In this document: positions 9,243 to 19,209 of the stretch, one piece after another | Layout: each line of letters starts with the position of its first letter | Position numbering within the stretch: position 1 is the stretch's first letter | DNA from: Alistipes sp. | Lineage (GTDB): Bacteria > Bacteroidota > Bacteroidia > Bacteroidales > Rikenellaceae | DNA length: 44,294 bases | Reading direction: 5' to 3' | Assembly (NCBI GenBank): GCA_017555545.1 | Contig: JAFZGE010000017.1 | Span: 1-44,294 of the forward strand | Program-made: the position numbers and the translations under genes | The notes under the pieces: generated by a model | Told to the model about the DNA's origin: nothing | Seen by the model: only the letters and a program-made list of their open reading frames with translations | Databases searched by the model: none

Positions 9243-11429
9243 ATGAAGACAACAAAACTACTTACTGCGCTTTTGGCGCTTGCGGCTCTCGTTGGCTGCG
9301 CGACAGAGGCTCCCAATGCCACAGACTACGCGGCAAAGGTAAACCCCAAAATTGGTTCTGGTGGTCATGGTCACGTATTCGTGGGTGCTAACGTACCCTT
9401 CGGCATGACACAGGTGGGTCCCACAAGCATCACCCAGGAGTGGGACTGGTGCTCAGGTTACCACGACTCGGAGAATAGCGTAATCGGCTTCTCGCACACC
9501 CACCTTTCAGGCACTGGCTGTGGCGACTTGTTCGATGTTACGCTCATGCCCGTTATGGGAGAGGTGGAGTATGGCCGTGGCCGTCTTGGCGACTACACTA
9601 CAGGCTTCTGGAGCGAGGCAGACCGCTCTAAGGAGATTGTTGAGCCAGGTTACTACTCTGTGCCCCTCACACGCTACGACATCCTTGCCGAGATGACAGC
9701 AACGGAGCGTGGCGGCTTGCACCGCTACACCTTCCCAGAGGGTGAGGATGCATCTATCATCCTCGACCTTGTGCATGGTGGTTGCTTCGACCGCCCTGAG
9801 GATCTATTCGCTGAGGCTGTTAGCGACACACGCGTTATCGGTCGCCGCCACAGCTGGGGTTGGTCAAATAACCAGAAGGTGTACTTCGTAATCGAGTTCT
9901 CGAAGCCCTTCACAGCTTTCGAGCCTATTGGCGAGTATGGCTTCTACTACCGCATACACTTCGATACAACAGCGGGCGAGCAGATTGGCGTTAAGGTGGC
10001 CCTCTCTTCAACAAGCCCCGAGGGTGCTGAGCTCAACTTCAACGCCGAGGTTGCAGACATCGACTTCGACACAGCACGCAAGGTGGCCTACGACAAGTGG
10101 AACAAGGAGATCTCAAAGATTCGCATCGAGGGAGCATCAGCAGTTGAGGAGGAAATTTTCTATACTGCGATGTATCACATGTATGTTGCTCCATCGTTGT
10201 TCTCAGACGTAGACCGCACATATCGTGGTGCAGACAATGTTGTACACCCCGACCCAGGTCACGACACCTATACAACATTCTCATTGTGGGATACTTACCG
10301 TGCTAAGTTGCCTCTAATGACAATCACTCATCCCGAGCTAATGGATGATGTTACCAACACCATGATCAACATCTGCGAGGAGCAGGGCTTCCTCCCCATC
10401 TGGCACTTGTGGGGTTGGGATAATGGTTGTATGGTAGGCTCTCCAGGTATCATCGCCGTATCGGATGCTGTGGCTAAGGATATCGAGGGCATCGACCAGG
10501 AGCGCGCATGGAAGGCTATCTACACCTCAGCAATGAAGGATATGCGCGGTGGTAAGTATCGCAAGGCTTTCGGCTATATGCCTAACGACCTCCAGGGCGA
10601 GTCTATCGCACACGACATGGAGTTTGCTATTGCCGATGCTGCTGCTGCAACCGTAGCCGAGAAGCTCGGCAAGGAGGAGGCTGAGTACCTCGCAACTCGC
10701 AGCCACTCTTGGACTAACTACTACGACCACACCACAGGCTTCATCCGTGGCAAGTCATCTACTGGCGAGTGGCGCGAGGACTTTAACCCATATAACGCAT
10801 CGCGCATCGCGAACGAGTATTGTGAGGGTAACGCATGGCAGTACCTTTGGCTTGTACCCCACGATCTCGACCTCTTGGAGCAGTATATGGGTGGTCGCGA
10901 GACAACTATCGCACGCCTCGACGAGCTCTTCACTACCGACTCTAAGATGGAGGGTGAGGATGTAACACCCGATATCTCAGGTCTTATCGGTCAGTATGTT
11001 CACGGCAACGAGCCCAGCCACCATATCATCTACTTCTACACGATGTTGGGTGAGCCATGGAAGGCAGCCGACCGTCTCTACGAGGTTATGGCGACTATGT
11101 ACTCTAACCAGCCCGACGGTCTCTCAGGCAACGAGGATGTTGGTCAGATGTCTGCATGGTACGTTATGACAACTCTTGGTTTCTACCCCGTAGAGCCCGC
11201 ATCCAAGCAGTATGTTTTGGGTGTGCCTATGGTTGACGCAGCGGAGGTTGATGTCGAGGGCGGCATCTTCCGTGTTGAGCGCGTAGGCTACAGCGAGGAG
11301 AACCGCTACGTTCAGAGCGTGGAGCTCAACGGCAAGGCTCTCGACCGCTACTACATCACTCACGAGGAGATTATCGCGGGTGGCACGCTCAAGTTCCACA
11401 TGGGCGCAGAAAAGAGCGTTTGGTACTAA
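9243..11429 (+). CDS. GH92 family alpha-mannosidase-like glycoside hydrolase, lipoprotein
   Basis: Lipobox LVGC, then GANVPFGM, GFSHTHLSGTGC, FSLWDTYRA, EGNAWQY, QYVHGNEPSHH and GNEDVGQMSAWY. Confidence 0.95.
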   Translation: MKTTKLLTALLALAALVGCATEAPNATDYAAKVNPKIGSGGHGHVFVGANVPFGMTQVGPTSITQEWDWCSGYHDSENSVIGFSHTHLSGTGCGDLFDVTLMPVMGEVEYGRGRLGDYTTGFWSEADRSKEIVEPGYYSVPLTRYDILAEMTATERGGLHRYTFPEGEDASIILDLVHGGCFDRPEDLFAEAVSDTRVIGRRHSWGWSNNQKVYFVIEFSKPFTAFEPIGEYGFYYRIHFDTTAGEQIGVKVALSSTSPEGAELNFNAEVADIDFDTARKVAYDKWNKEISKIRIEGASAVEEEIFYTAMYHMYVAPSLFSDVDRTYRGADNVVHPDPGHDTYTTFSLWDTYRAKLPLMTITHPELMDDVTNTMINICEEQGFLPIWHLWGWDNGCMVGSPGIIAVSDAVAKDIEGIDQERAWKAIYTSAMKDMRGGKYRKAFGYMPNDLQGESIAHDMEFAIADAAAATVAEKLGKEEAEYLATRSHSWTNYYDHTTGFIRGKSSTGEWREDFNPYNASRIANEYCEGNAWQYLWLVPHDLDLLEQYMGGRETTIARLDELFTTDSKMEGEDVTPDISGLIGQYVHGNEPSHHIIYFYTMLGEPWKAADRLYEVMATMYSNQPDGLSGNEDVGQMSAWYVMTTLGFYPVEPASKQYVLGVPMVDAAEVDVEGGIFRVERVGYSEENRYVQSVELNGKALDRYYITHEEIIAGGTLKFHMGAEKSVWY

Positions 11430-11432
11430 TTG

Positions 11433-11480
11433 TGGGCTCCCGCAAATGGTTTAACAACAACTATTTGCGGGTTACCCATT
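11433..11480 (+). terminator. Hairpin terminator after the GH92 genes
   Basis: cccgcaaatggtt / aactatttgcggg stem directly after the stop codon. Confidence 0.6.
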
Positions 11481-11521
11481 AAAATAACCGTTAAAAATTG
11501 CTAGATTTGGGCGAAAGTTTG

Positions 11522-11529
11522 TACATTTG
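11522..11529 (+). promoter_or_regulatory. -7 box (TACATTTG) for the YitT gene
   Basis: TAnnTTTG match with TTG about 21 nt upstream. Confidence 0.55.
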
Positions 11530-11604
11530 CCCCAAATTTAACACGGAAATTTTAATATTAGTTTATAAACTATTAGCCTTATTTTTACTAAATTCTGAAT
11601 TGAT

Positions 11605-12621
11605 ATGGGTGTAAAAATCTCTTCTCGTTCGATTCTTTCTGGCATCAAGGAGTATCTTTTGATGACCTTTGGTATGTTCTGCTACGCCTTCGGCTGGCAG
11701 ATGTGCGTACTTCCCGCAGGCGGTATGGGTGGTGGTGCTGCCGGTTTGGCAACACTTATCAACGCCGTTCTCTCAAGCGCATTTCCTGGCTCGGAGTTCA
11801 TCGCCAACTTCGTTACCATCGGTAACTTGATCTTTGTGATCAACTGCATCCTTCTTATCCTCGGCGTTATGATCGTAGGTTGGAAGTTCGGTATCAAGAC
11901 TCTATACTGCATCTTGATGATGTCTGTGATGTTCAACGTTGTAAGCTTCATGCCTGCTGACACCATGGTTAAGATGGTGATGGGCGTTGACTCATGGCGT
12001 ATCCTTTTGGTTGCTATGGGTGCTGCATCTTGCGGTGTTGGTATCGCGGTATCATTCATGCAGGGTGGCTCAACTGGTGGTACAGATATCGTTGCAATGA
12101 TTATCAACAAGTTCCGTACTGTAAGCTACGGTAAGGTGTTGATCATGACTGACTTCGGCATCCTTATTGGCTCACTCTTCCTCACTACCACCGTAAACAT
12201 GGTACCTGCTGAGTACAATCCTTCTGCAGAGCATCTTATCGAGGCTGTATCTATCACGCCTCTCCACCCCGAGGCATTTGCACGTATGATTTACGGTTTC
12301 ATGATGATTGCAGTTATCGGTTACACGGTAGACTTGGTACAGTCTGGTAACCAGCAGTCTAACCAGATTATGATCTTCTGTAAGGACTACGAGGGTATGG
12401 CTGAGATGATCAACAGCAAGGCTAACCGCGGCGCTACACTTATCGACGCTATGGGTTGGTACTCAAAGACTCCTTCAAAGGCTGTTATGGTTGTTTGCCG
12501 TAAGCGCGACACATCTACAATCTTGAAGTTCGTACGCGAGCAGGATCCTAACGCATTTATCACCGTAGGCTCAGTAATGGGTGTTTACGGTCAGGGCTTC
12601 GACGCCTTGAACAAGCTCTAA
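11605..12621 (+). CDS. YitT family membrane protein (DUF2179 C-terminus)
   Basis: Multiple TM helices, GGSTGGTDIVA motif, and C-terminal RGATL...GWYS...DPNAFI...VYGQGF. Confidence 0.9.
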   Translation: MGVKISSRSILSGIKEYLLMTFGMFCYAFGWQMCVLPAGGMGGGAAGLATLINAVLSSAFPGSEFIANFVTIGNLIFVINCILLILGVMIVGWKFGIKTLYCILMMSVMFNVVSFMPADTMVKMVMGVDSWRILLVAMGAASCGVGIAVSFMQGGSTGGTDIVAMIINKFRTVSYGKVLIMTDFGILIGSLFLTTTVNMVPAEYNPSAEHLIEAVSITPLHPEAFARMIYGFMMIAVIGYTVDLVQSGNQQSNQIMIFCKDYEGMAEMINSKANRGATLIDAMGWYSKTPSKAVMVVCRKRDTSTILKFVREQDPNAFITVGSVMGVYGQGFDALNKL

Positions 12622-12642
12622 TAGAGCATTGTATAACAGTAA

Positions 12643-12836
12643 AAGGGAGGTTTTATAAATTAGTTCGAGGCGATTGTGAAGATTATTTCGAGGATATTTT
12701 TCAGCTCTTCTGAAGGCGCAATGCGAGCATTGTAACTGAAGAAAGATGAGAAAGAGCCCGAAATAAATTCAAAAGCGCCCGAAACAAAACACCCAATGCT
12801 GCGAATACATATACACTAATTTATAAAACATTCCTT
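12643..12836. mobile_element. MITE-like non-autonomous element / long palindromic repeat
   Basis: 22-bp terminal inverted repeats matching at 20/22 (aagggaggttttataaattagt / actaatttataaaacattcctt), nested internal inverted segments, and no ORF. Confidence 0.6.
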
Positions 12837-12850
12837 AAACCACTGCTGCC

Positions 12851-15103
12851 ATGCTCTACGCACAGGTAGTTCTCCCGCTGGCACAGCCAATGTACACCTT
12901 TTCGGTGGATGAGGCATTGGGTGTGGGCTTGGGTGACGCCGTAGTCGTACAGTTTGGCAGCAGTCGTTATTATACGGGCATCGTATGGTGCATTACGGCT
13001 GAGAAGCCCGACTACCCACGCATCAAGCCCATCCTCAAAAAGCTATACTCTGCACCCCTCGTTACCCCCGAGGCACAACGCCTCTGGGAGTGGATTGCGG
13101 AGTATTATATGTGTACCATTGGCGAGGTTATGCGCGTTGCGCTACCCGCCTTGGCCAAGCCATCAGCTACGACACTCACCGAGCTCGATGAGCGTAGCAT
13201 AGAGTCCCCCACCGAGACATTTATTACTCTTGCCGAGGAGCTGCGCAGCGAGGAGAGCCTCACAACATACGTCGCTAAGCACTCGCGCAAGGCTCCCCGC
13301 CGCACCGAGACCATGGATCGCATTGCCGCACTCGCCATAGAGCGCGGAGGCATCGACGGCTTCGTACCACGCCGCCTCGTGGATGCTGAGACGGTGCATA
13401 TTGCTGAGCTCAAGCGCCGCGGTCTCATCGAACTACGCGAAGCCCCCATCGAGGCTACAAACAACAAAAACGACTTCCTCCTTCCGACACTCTCCGAGGC
13501 GCAGCAACGTGCCCTCGAGGCCATTGACCGAGGCCATGAGAGTGGTAAGGTAGCACTCCTGCATGGTGTAACGGGCTCAGGTAAGACCGAGATATACGTA
13601 CACCTCATTGCCCGCACCCTCGCCGAGGGTCGCGACGCCCTTGTCCTTGTCCCCGAGATTGTCATAACCTCACAGCTTGTCGAGCGCCTTGAACGCATCT
13701 TCGAGGGTCGCACAACAACCTACCACTCACGCCTCACACCCCTACGCCGTGGCGAGACATTCCTCCGCCTAGCATCATCTACGGGTGGCGAACTAATCGT
13801 GGGCGTGCGCTCGGCGATATTCCTGCCGATGAAGCGCCCAGGCCTTATCGTTGTGGATGAGGAGCACGATGCAAACTACAAGCAAACCGACCCCACACCC
13901 CGCTACAACGCCCGCGACATGGCCGTTGTGATGAGCCGTATATATGGCGTAAACGTGGTGCTCGGTAGCGCCACACCCTCGTTGGAGAGCCTCGTTAATG
14001 CTACATCGGGCAAGTATGCCTACGTGGAACTTACGGAGCGCTGGGGCGAGGCTATGCTCCCCGAGATTATCATTTCGGATACCATACGCGCCGTGAAGCG
14101 CAACGAGCGCAAGACACATTTCAACCTCGAGTTGTTGCAGAATATAAACAGATCGCTCGTGGCTGGCGAACAGGCCATTCTCTTTCAGAATCGCCGTGGC
14201 TATGCCCCCTATATACAGTGTCGCACGTGTGGTTACTCGCCACGCTGCCCACATTGCAACGTGACGCTCACACGCCACAAGGCCACTGACCGCATGGAGT
14301 GCCACTATTGTGGTTACAACATGCCCGCACCCAAGATGTGCCCCAACTGCGAAGTGCAGGACATGGCACTCATGGGCTTCGGCACAGAGAAGGTTGCCGA
14401 GGAGATTGCACGCCTTATGCCCGAGGCACGTATCGAGCGCCTTGATGGCGACACCTCAACCTCGGAGCGAGCATTCAAGCGCATCGTAACACGCTTCGAT
14501 AATGGCGAGGCAGACATCCTCGTAGGCACACAGATCCTTACTAAGGGTTTTGACTTTGGAGGAGTTACTACTGTCGGCATCCTCAATGCTGACAATTTGT
14601 TGACCATGCCCGACTTCCGCGCCTCGGAGCGCGCCTTCCAGCTTATGATGCAGGTTGCAGGCCGCGCAGGCAGACGCAACGACCGTGGCCGTGTAGTGAT
14701 ACAGACATCGCAACCCAAGCACCCCGTGATACGCTTCGTAGCCTCGGGAGACTACCACGCCATGGCAAACAGCGAGCTTATGGAGCGCAAGGCATTCGGC
14801 TATCCGCCCTACTCGCACCTTATACGCCTACTTATGCGCCACGAGGACTACAACCTACTGCACCATGCGGCACACGCCCTCGCAAACGTGATGCGCAAGA
14901 AGTTTGGCGCAAGAGTGATGGGTCCCGTATCCGCAGCGCTGGAGATGCTACGCGGTGAGCACCGTGCCGAGATACTCCTAAAAATTGAGTCGGGAGCATC
15001 TATGCAACGTGCGCGCACGCTACTCCGCGAGGCAATAACCGCCGTGGAGAGCGATGCCAAGTATAAAACCGTAAAGATATCTATCGATGTCGATGCTCTA
15101 TAG
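12851..15103 (+). CDS. priA: Primosomal protein N' (replication restart helicase)
   Basis: LLHGVTGSGKTEIY, VDEEHD.NYKQ, GSATPSLES, NRRGYAP, four CxxC pairs and QVAGRAGR. Confidence 0.97.
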   Translation: MLYAQVVLPLAQPMYTFSVDEALGVGLGDAVVVQFGSSRYYTGIVWCITAEKPDYPRIKPILKKLYSAPLVTPEAQRLWEWIAEYYMCTIGEVMRVALPALAKPSATTLTELDERSIESPTETFITLAEELRSEESLTTYVAKHSRKAPRRTETMDRIAALAIERGGIDGFVPRRLVDAETVHIAELKRRGLIELREAPIEATNNKNDFLLPTLSEAQQRALEAIDRGHESGKVALLHGVTGSGKTEIYVHLIARTLAEGRDALVLVPEIVITSQLVERLERIFEGRTTTYHSRLTPLRRGETFLRLASSTGGELIVGVRSAIFLPMKRPGLIVVDEEHDANYKQTDPTPRYNARDMAVVMSRIYGVNVVLGSATPSLESLVNATSGKYAYVELTERWGEAMLPEIIISDTIRAVKRNERKTHFNLELLQNINRSLVAGEQAILFQNRRGYAPYIQCRTCGYSPRCPHCNVTLTRHKATDRMECHYCGYNMPAPKMCPNCEVQDMALMGFGTEKVAEEIARLMPEARIERLDGDTSTSERAFKRIVTRFDNGEADILVGTQILTKGFDFGGVTTVGILNADNLLTMPDFRASERAFQLMMQVAGRAGRRNDRGRVVIQTSQPKHPVIRFVASGDYHAMANSELMERKAFGYPPYSHLIRLLMRHEDYNLLHHAAHALANVMRKKFGARVMGPVSAALEMLRGEHRAEILLKIESGASMQRARTLLREAITAVESDAKYKTVKISIDVDAL

Positions 15104-15809
15104 TGCATATCGAGCTATACGCTCACTGCTCTTCGCCCAGGAGTGCATGGTGTGTGGCGAGCATGTCGATGACGCCATGCACGGCATCTGCATAAAATGC
15201 CGCTTCGACATACCTCTGACCAACTACTGGCACAAAGAGGAAAATCCCGTCAAAGAGAAATTCGCAGGTCTTGTTCCCATCGAGCAGGGCTCATCCTTCA
15301 TATTCTATGCCGGCGACAGCCTTTGGCGCACCATGGTACACCGCTTCAAGTATGGCGGTGAGTGGCAGATAGCCTACAACATGGGACGCTGGTATGGCGC
15401 AGAGCTCAAGGCTTCGGGACTATACGACGACATCGACATTATCATCCCTGTACCTCTACACCCCATAAAACTCCTTAAGCGCGGTTACAACCAATCTACA
15501 TATCTCGCCGAGGGTATGGCAAAGAACCTCGGCACGAAGGTAGATACACGCGCAGCACGCCGCATACGTAACAACCCGTCACAAGCACGACGTGGAGCAC
15601 GCGACCGCTGGGAGAATGTCGATGAACTATTCCGCATCGTGCGACCAGAGAGACTACGCGGCAAGCACATCCTCGTTGTTGACGACGTGCTCACCTCGGG
15701 TGCTACGCTCACCACATTCCTCAAGGAGATTATGCGCGCCGTACCCGACTGCCGCATATCCATTGCTACGCTTGCCGTAACCAAGCATATCACACCTCTG
15801 GGCAAGTAA
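15087..15809 (+). CDS. comF: ComF family protein (zinc ribbon + PRTase domain)
   Basis: N-terminal CxxC...CxxC, PVPLH...RGYNQS and LVVDDVLTSGAT. An alternative start exists at 15093. Confidence 0.9.
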   Translation: MSMLYSAYRAIRSLLFAQECMVCGEHVDDAMHGICIKCRFDIPLTNYWHKEENPVKEKFAGLVPIEQGSSFIFYAGDSLWRTMVHRFKYGGEWQIAYNMGRWYGAELKASGLYDDIDIIIPVPLHPIKLLKRGYNQSTYLAEGMAKNLGTKVDTRAARRIRNNPSQARRGARDRWENVDELFRIVRPERLRGKHILVVDDVLTSGATLTTFLKEIMRAVPDCRISIATLAVTKHITPLGK

Positions 15810-15871
15810 TTTTGCTTCGGCATAACCACCATACGATAATTTTCGCTATCTTTACACAAAATTATGGGGTT

Positions 15872-16972
15872 ATGGTAATTGAGGATCTCGCTTTACTCTT
15901 TATTCGTGGGCTGGGCAGCCGCGGTATTGTCCACCTTATCGAGCACTTCGGCTCTGCCGAGGCGATATTTCGTGCGCCCCTGAATACCCTTGTCAACGAG
16001 ACTAAGCTACGCAAGGATGTAGCCGAGCGCATCGTGGCGAAGGAGGGCATGCACGATGCAGAGCGCGAGATCGAGTATTGCCGTAAGAACCAGATTATCG
16101 CCATCGCAGCGACCGATGACGACTACCCCGAGGCTCTGCGCGAGACATCCGATCGCCCTCACGTACTCTTCGTCAAGGGCAACCTCAAGGCACTACACAT
16201 GCGTACGTTATCTATGGTAGGCACGCGCGAGGCGACACCCTCGGGCATACTCGCCGTGGATAAGATCGTGGGTGGCCTCGCAACGCAGATATCCGACCTC
16301 TGCATTGTAAGCGGCCTTGCATATGGCATCGACAGCGCCTGCCACCGCTCGGCACTCACACACAATGCGACCACCGTAGCCGTTGTGGCAGATACACTCC
16401 CCAATGTCAGTCCCGCACCCAACCGCAACCTCGCAGATGAGATACTCCGTCAGGGTGGTGCACTTGTCTCGGAACTACACAGCCAGTCGAAGCAGAACGG
16501 GCAACTCTTCATCGCCCGCAACCGCATAATCGCAGCACTCAGCATGGGCACTATCGTTGTCGAATCGCCCGCATCGGGAGGTTCACTCGCCACAGCCGAC
16601 ATCGCCGACAGTTATGGTCGCACCGTTATGGCTATACCTGGTCGTGCAACCGACACCCAGTCATTCGGCTCGAACAACCTCATTCGCTGCGGCAAGGCAC
16701 GCCTTATTCTAACTGCGAACGACGTTATTGAGGATATGGGTTGGGATATAACACAGCCTGTAGAGGAGGTATGCGAGGCATCACCCCTAGACAGCCTCCC
16801 CCCCAATGAGCAACTCATATATAAGGCCTTCGATAATGCTGCGACGCTCGATTGGACGGGCATAATTGCCGAGACGGGTCTCACACTTGGCGAACTTGCG
16901 ATGGCACTTATGGATATGGAACTCAAGGGCGTTATACGCAGCCTCCCAGGCAAGCGCTACGAGCGCATATAA
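15872..16972 (+). CDS. dprA: DNA-processing protein DprA
   Basis: MVGTREAT, IVSGLAYGIDSACH, FIARNRIIAALS, VVES..SGGSLATA and a C-terminal winged helix. ATG at 15872 is preferred over the upstream TTG. Confidence 0.95.
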   Translation: MVIEDLALLFIRGLGSRGIVHLIEHFGSAEAIFRAPLNTLVNETKLRKDVAERIVAKEGMHDAEREIEYCRKNQIIAIAATDDDYPEALRETSDRPHVLFVKGNLKALHMRTLSMVGTREATPSGILAVDKIVGGLATQISDLCIVSGLAYGIDSACHRSALTHNATTVAVVADTLPNVSPAPNRNLADEILRQGGALVSELHSQSKQNGQLFIARNRIIAALSMGTIVVESPASGGSLATADIADSYGRTVMAIPGRATDTQSFGSNNLIRCGKARLILTANDVIEDMGWDITQPVEEVCEASPLDSLPPNEQLIYKAFDNAATLDWTGIIAETGLTLGELAMALMDMELKGVIRSLPGKRYERI

Positions 16973-16996
16973 CACTAACAATCAAGACAATACTCT

Positions 16997-17773
16997 ATGA
17001 TAGACACACACTCACATATCTATGCTGAGGAGTTTGACGCAGACCGCACAGAGGCACTCGCACGCGCCAAAGAGGCGGGCGTGGAGCTTCTGATTCTCCC
17101 CGATATCGACTCCGAGAGTCGCCCCCGCATGCTTGAACTCGCAGCAGCCAACCCCGACTACTGCCACGCCATGGCGGGTCTCCACCCCACCTCGGTGAAC
17201 GATAATCCACGCTGGCGCGAGGAGCTCGATGCCGTAGAGAGCCTGCTGCGCGAGCCCCCTATGTCGTTGTGTGGCGTGGGTGAGATAGGCCTCGACCTCT
17301 ATTGGAGCCAGGACTTTTATCGCCAGCAGCGCGAGGTACTCCACGCACAGATTGAGTTGGCACTACAATACAATAAGCCCGTTGTCATCCACACCCGCTC
17401 GGCATACGATGAGATGGAGGATGTCCTTGCAACATATCGTGGCCGCGGACTCAGAGGCGTGCTTCACGCCTACGCCGACTCTGCGGAGCGTGCGCTGAAG
17501 TTTGCCAAGATGGGCGAGATATATTTGGGTGTTGGTGGCGTCGTTACGTTTAAGAATGCAGGTCTAGATAAGGAGGTAGCACAGCTCCCCGTGGAGTTGC
17601 TATTGCTTGAGACCGACTGTCCCTACCTCACCCCTGTGCCCCACCGTGGCAAGCGCAACGAATCGGCCTATGTTGAGCACGTCTGCCGCAAGGTTGCAGA
17701 GCTGCACAATACGACATTTGACCATGTCGACAAGCTCACAACCGCAACGGCAAAGGCACTCTTTTCACTCTAA
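16997..17773 (+). CDS. TatD family hydrolase
   Basis: MIDTHSH, GLHP, GEIGLD, VIHTR and LLETDCPYL.P.PHRGKRNE. Confidence 0.95.
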   Translation: MIDTHSHIYAEEFDADRTEALARAKEAGVELLILPDIDSESRPRMLELAAANPDYCHAMAGLHPTSVNDNPRWREELDAVESLLREPPMSLCGVGEIGLDLYWSQDFYRQQREVLHAQIELALQYNKPVVIHTRSAYDEMEDVLATYRGRGLRGVLHAYADSAERALKFAKMGEIYLGVGGVVTFKNAGLDKEVAQLPVELLLLETDCPYLTPVPHRGKRNESAYVEHVCRKVAELHNTTFDHVDKLTTATAKALFSL

Positions 17774-17865
17774 AAGAGGGGGATGATCTTTCACTCGGCG
17801 AAACATTTTTTTGCATAAAAGCGAAAAAAAATGGCAAAAGTCGCTTGAGTATGGCAAATTTTGCC

Positions 17866-17873
17866 TACCTTTG
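17866..17873 (+). promoter_or_regulatory. -7 box (TACCTTTG) for ansA
   Basis: TAnnTTTG match lying inside the ORF-track N-terminal extension, which argues for a later start codon. Confidence 0.6.
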
Positions 17874-17913
17874 TAAAGATATGTGGTGCATAAAAGCCCA
17901 CAACCCTTCAGCT

Positions 17914-18951
17914 ATGAAGAGATCTTCGATTTTGATTATATATACCGGAGGAACAATCGGTATGAAGACAGACGAGGCGACTGGCGCACTCGTTCCATTC
18001 GACTTTAGCGGAATTTATGAGGAGTTCCCCTCGCTCAAACGCCTCAAGGTTGACCTCGAGGTTTTGACCATAAAACCTCCTATCGACTCATCTAATGTAT
18101 CGGTAGAGAACTGGGTGGACATGGCACGTCTAATCCGCGACAACTACTCTAAATACGATGGCTTTGTCGTGCTACATGGCACAGACACAATGTCTTACTC
18201 TGCAGCAGCACTCAGCTTCATGCTCGAGAACCTCGCCAAGCCCGTCATCTTCACAGGTAGCCAGATTCCTATCGGCATCCTACGTACCGACGGTCGCGAG
18301 AACCTCATCACAGCAATCGAGATTGCTGGTGCACGCAACGAGGAGGGCAACCCCATCGTACCCGAGGTAGCACTCTACTTCCAGAACAAATTGATGCGCG
18401 GCAACCGCACCACAAAGCATAGCGCCGAGGCACTCAACGCCTTTGCGTCGTTCAACTATCATGCCCTTGCCGACGTGGGTGTGAGCATCCAGTACAACAC
18501 ACAGTACATCGCTCCATACGCCCCCGACTTCTCGGATGAATTCCGCATCAGCGAGTCGTTGTGCAACGACGTCATCGTGGTTAAGCTCTTCCCAGGCATC
18601 CGCCCCTCAACACTCCGCGCAATGCTTATCGACAGCGGCGTGCGTGGCGTTGTGCTTGAGACCTACGGCGCGGGTAACGCTCCCACATCGGAGTGGTTCG
18701 TTGAGTTGGTGAAGGAGGCTGTCACCAAGGGTGTCATCGTGGTGAACGTTTCGCAGTGCAAGGATGGCGCTGTTCAAATGCATTTGTACGAGACTGGATT
18801 GGCATTGCAGGAGGCTGGCGTAGTGTCGGGTCACGACATGACAATCGAGGCTGCGGTGACAAAACTTATGTACGTTTTAGGCAAAAATTTGCCACTTTCG
18901 GAAACACTCAATTTGATGCGCCGCCCGCTACGTGGTGAATTTACTCTGTAA
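17914..18951 (+). CDS. ansA: Type I L-asparaginase
   Basis: IYTGGTIGM, IDSSN, LHGTDTMSY, TGSQIP and ETYGAGNAP. Start moved to ATG 17914. Confidence 0.93.
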   Translation: MKRSSILIIYTGGTIGMKTDEATGALVPFDFSGIYEEFPSLKRLKVDLEVLTIKPPIDSSNVSVENWVDMARLIRDNYSKYDGFVVLHGTDTMSYSAAALSFMLENLAKPVIFTGSQIPIGILRTDGRENLITAIEIAGARNEEGNPIVPEVALYFQNKLMRGNRTTKHSAEALNAFASFNYHALADVGVSIQYNTQYIAPYAPDFSDEFRISESLCNDVIVVKLFPGIRPSTLRAMLIDSGVRGVVLETYGAGNAPTSEWFVELVKEAVTKGVIVVNVSQCKDGAVQMHLYETGLALQEAGVVSGHDMTIEAAVTKLMYVLGKNLPLSETLNLMRRPLRGEFTL

Positions 18952-19209
18952 GAGCGTTGGAATTTCGGAAAATAATCCGTATATTTCGCACTGATAAACA
19001 CCAAAAATGCGGGGCGATTCACACAGGATTTAGCCGCATTATGGTCGTAATAATTTGATTGACACACAGTTTCGCACCAATATTAGGGTCACAAATAGCC
19101 CAAAAAGGCAAAAAATAGGGACATGTGCACCAGATGAAAAACGAGTTTACGAACAAAAACATAGAGAAAACAACTACTAAAAATTACAAATTTTAACTAT
19201 CAAAACACT

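Noticed and set aside
18952-19209. Possible tRNA in the long ansA-exbB gap
   Set aside because: No T-loop GTTC motif or cloverleaf. Only one modest hairpin (aatgcgg/ccgcatt) is present.
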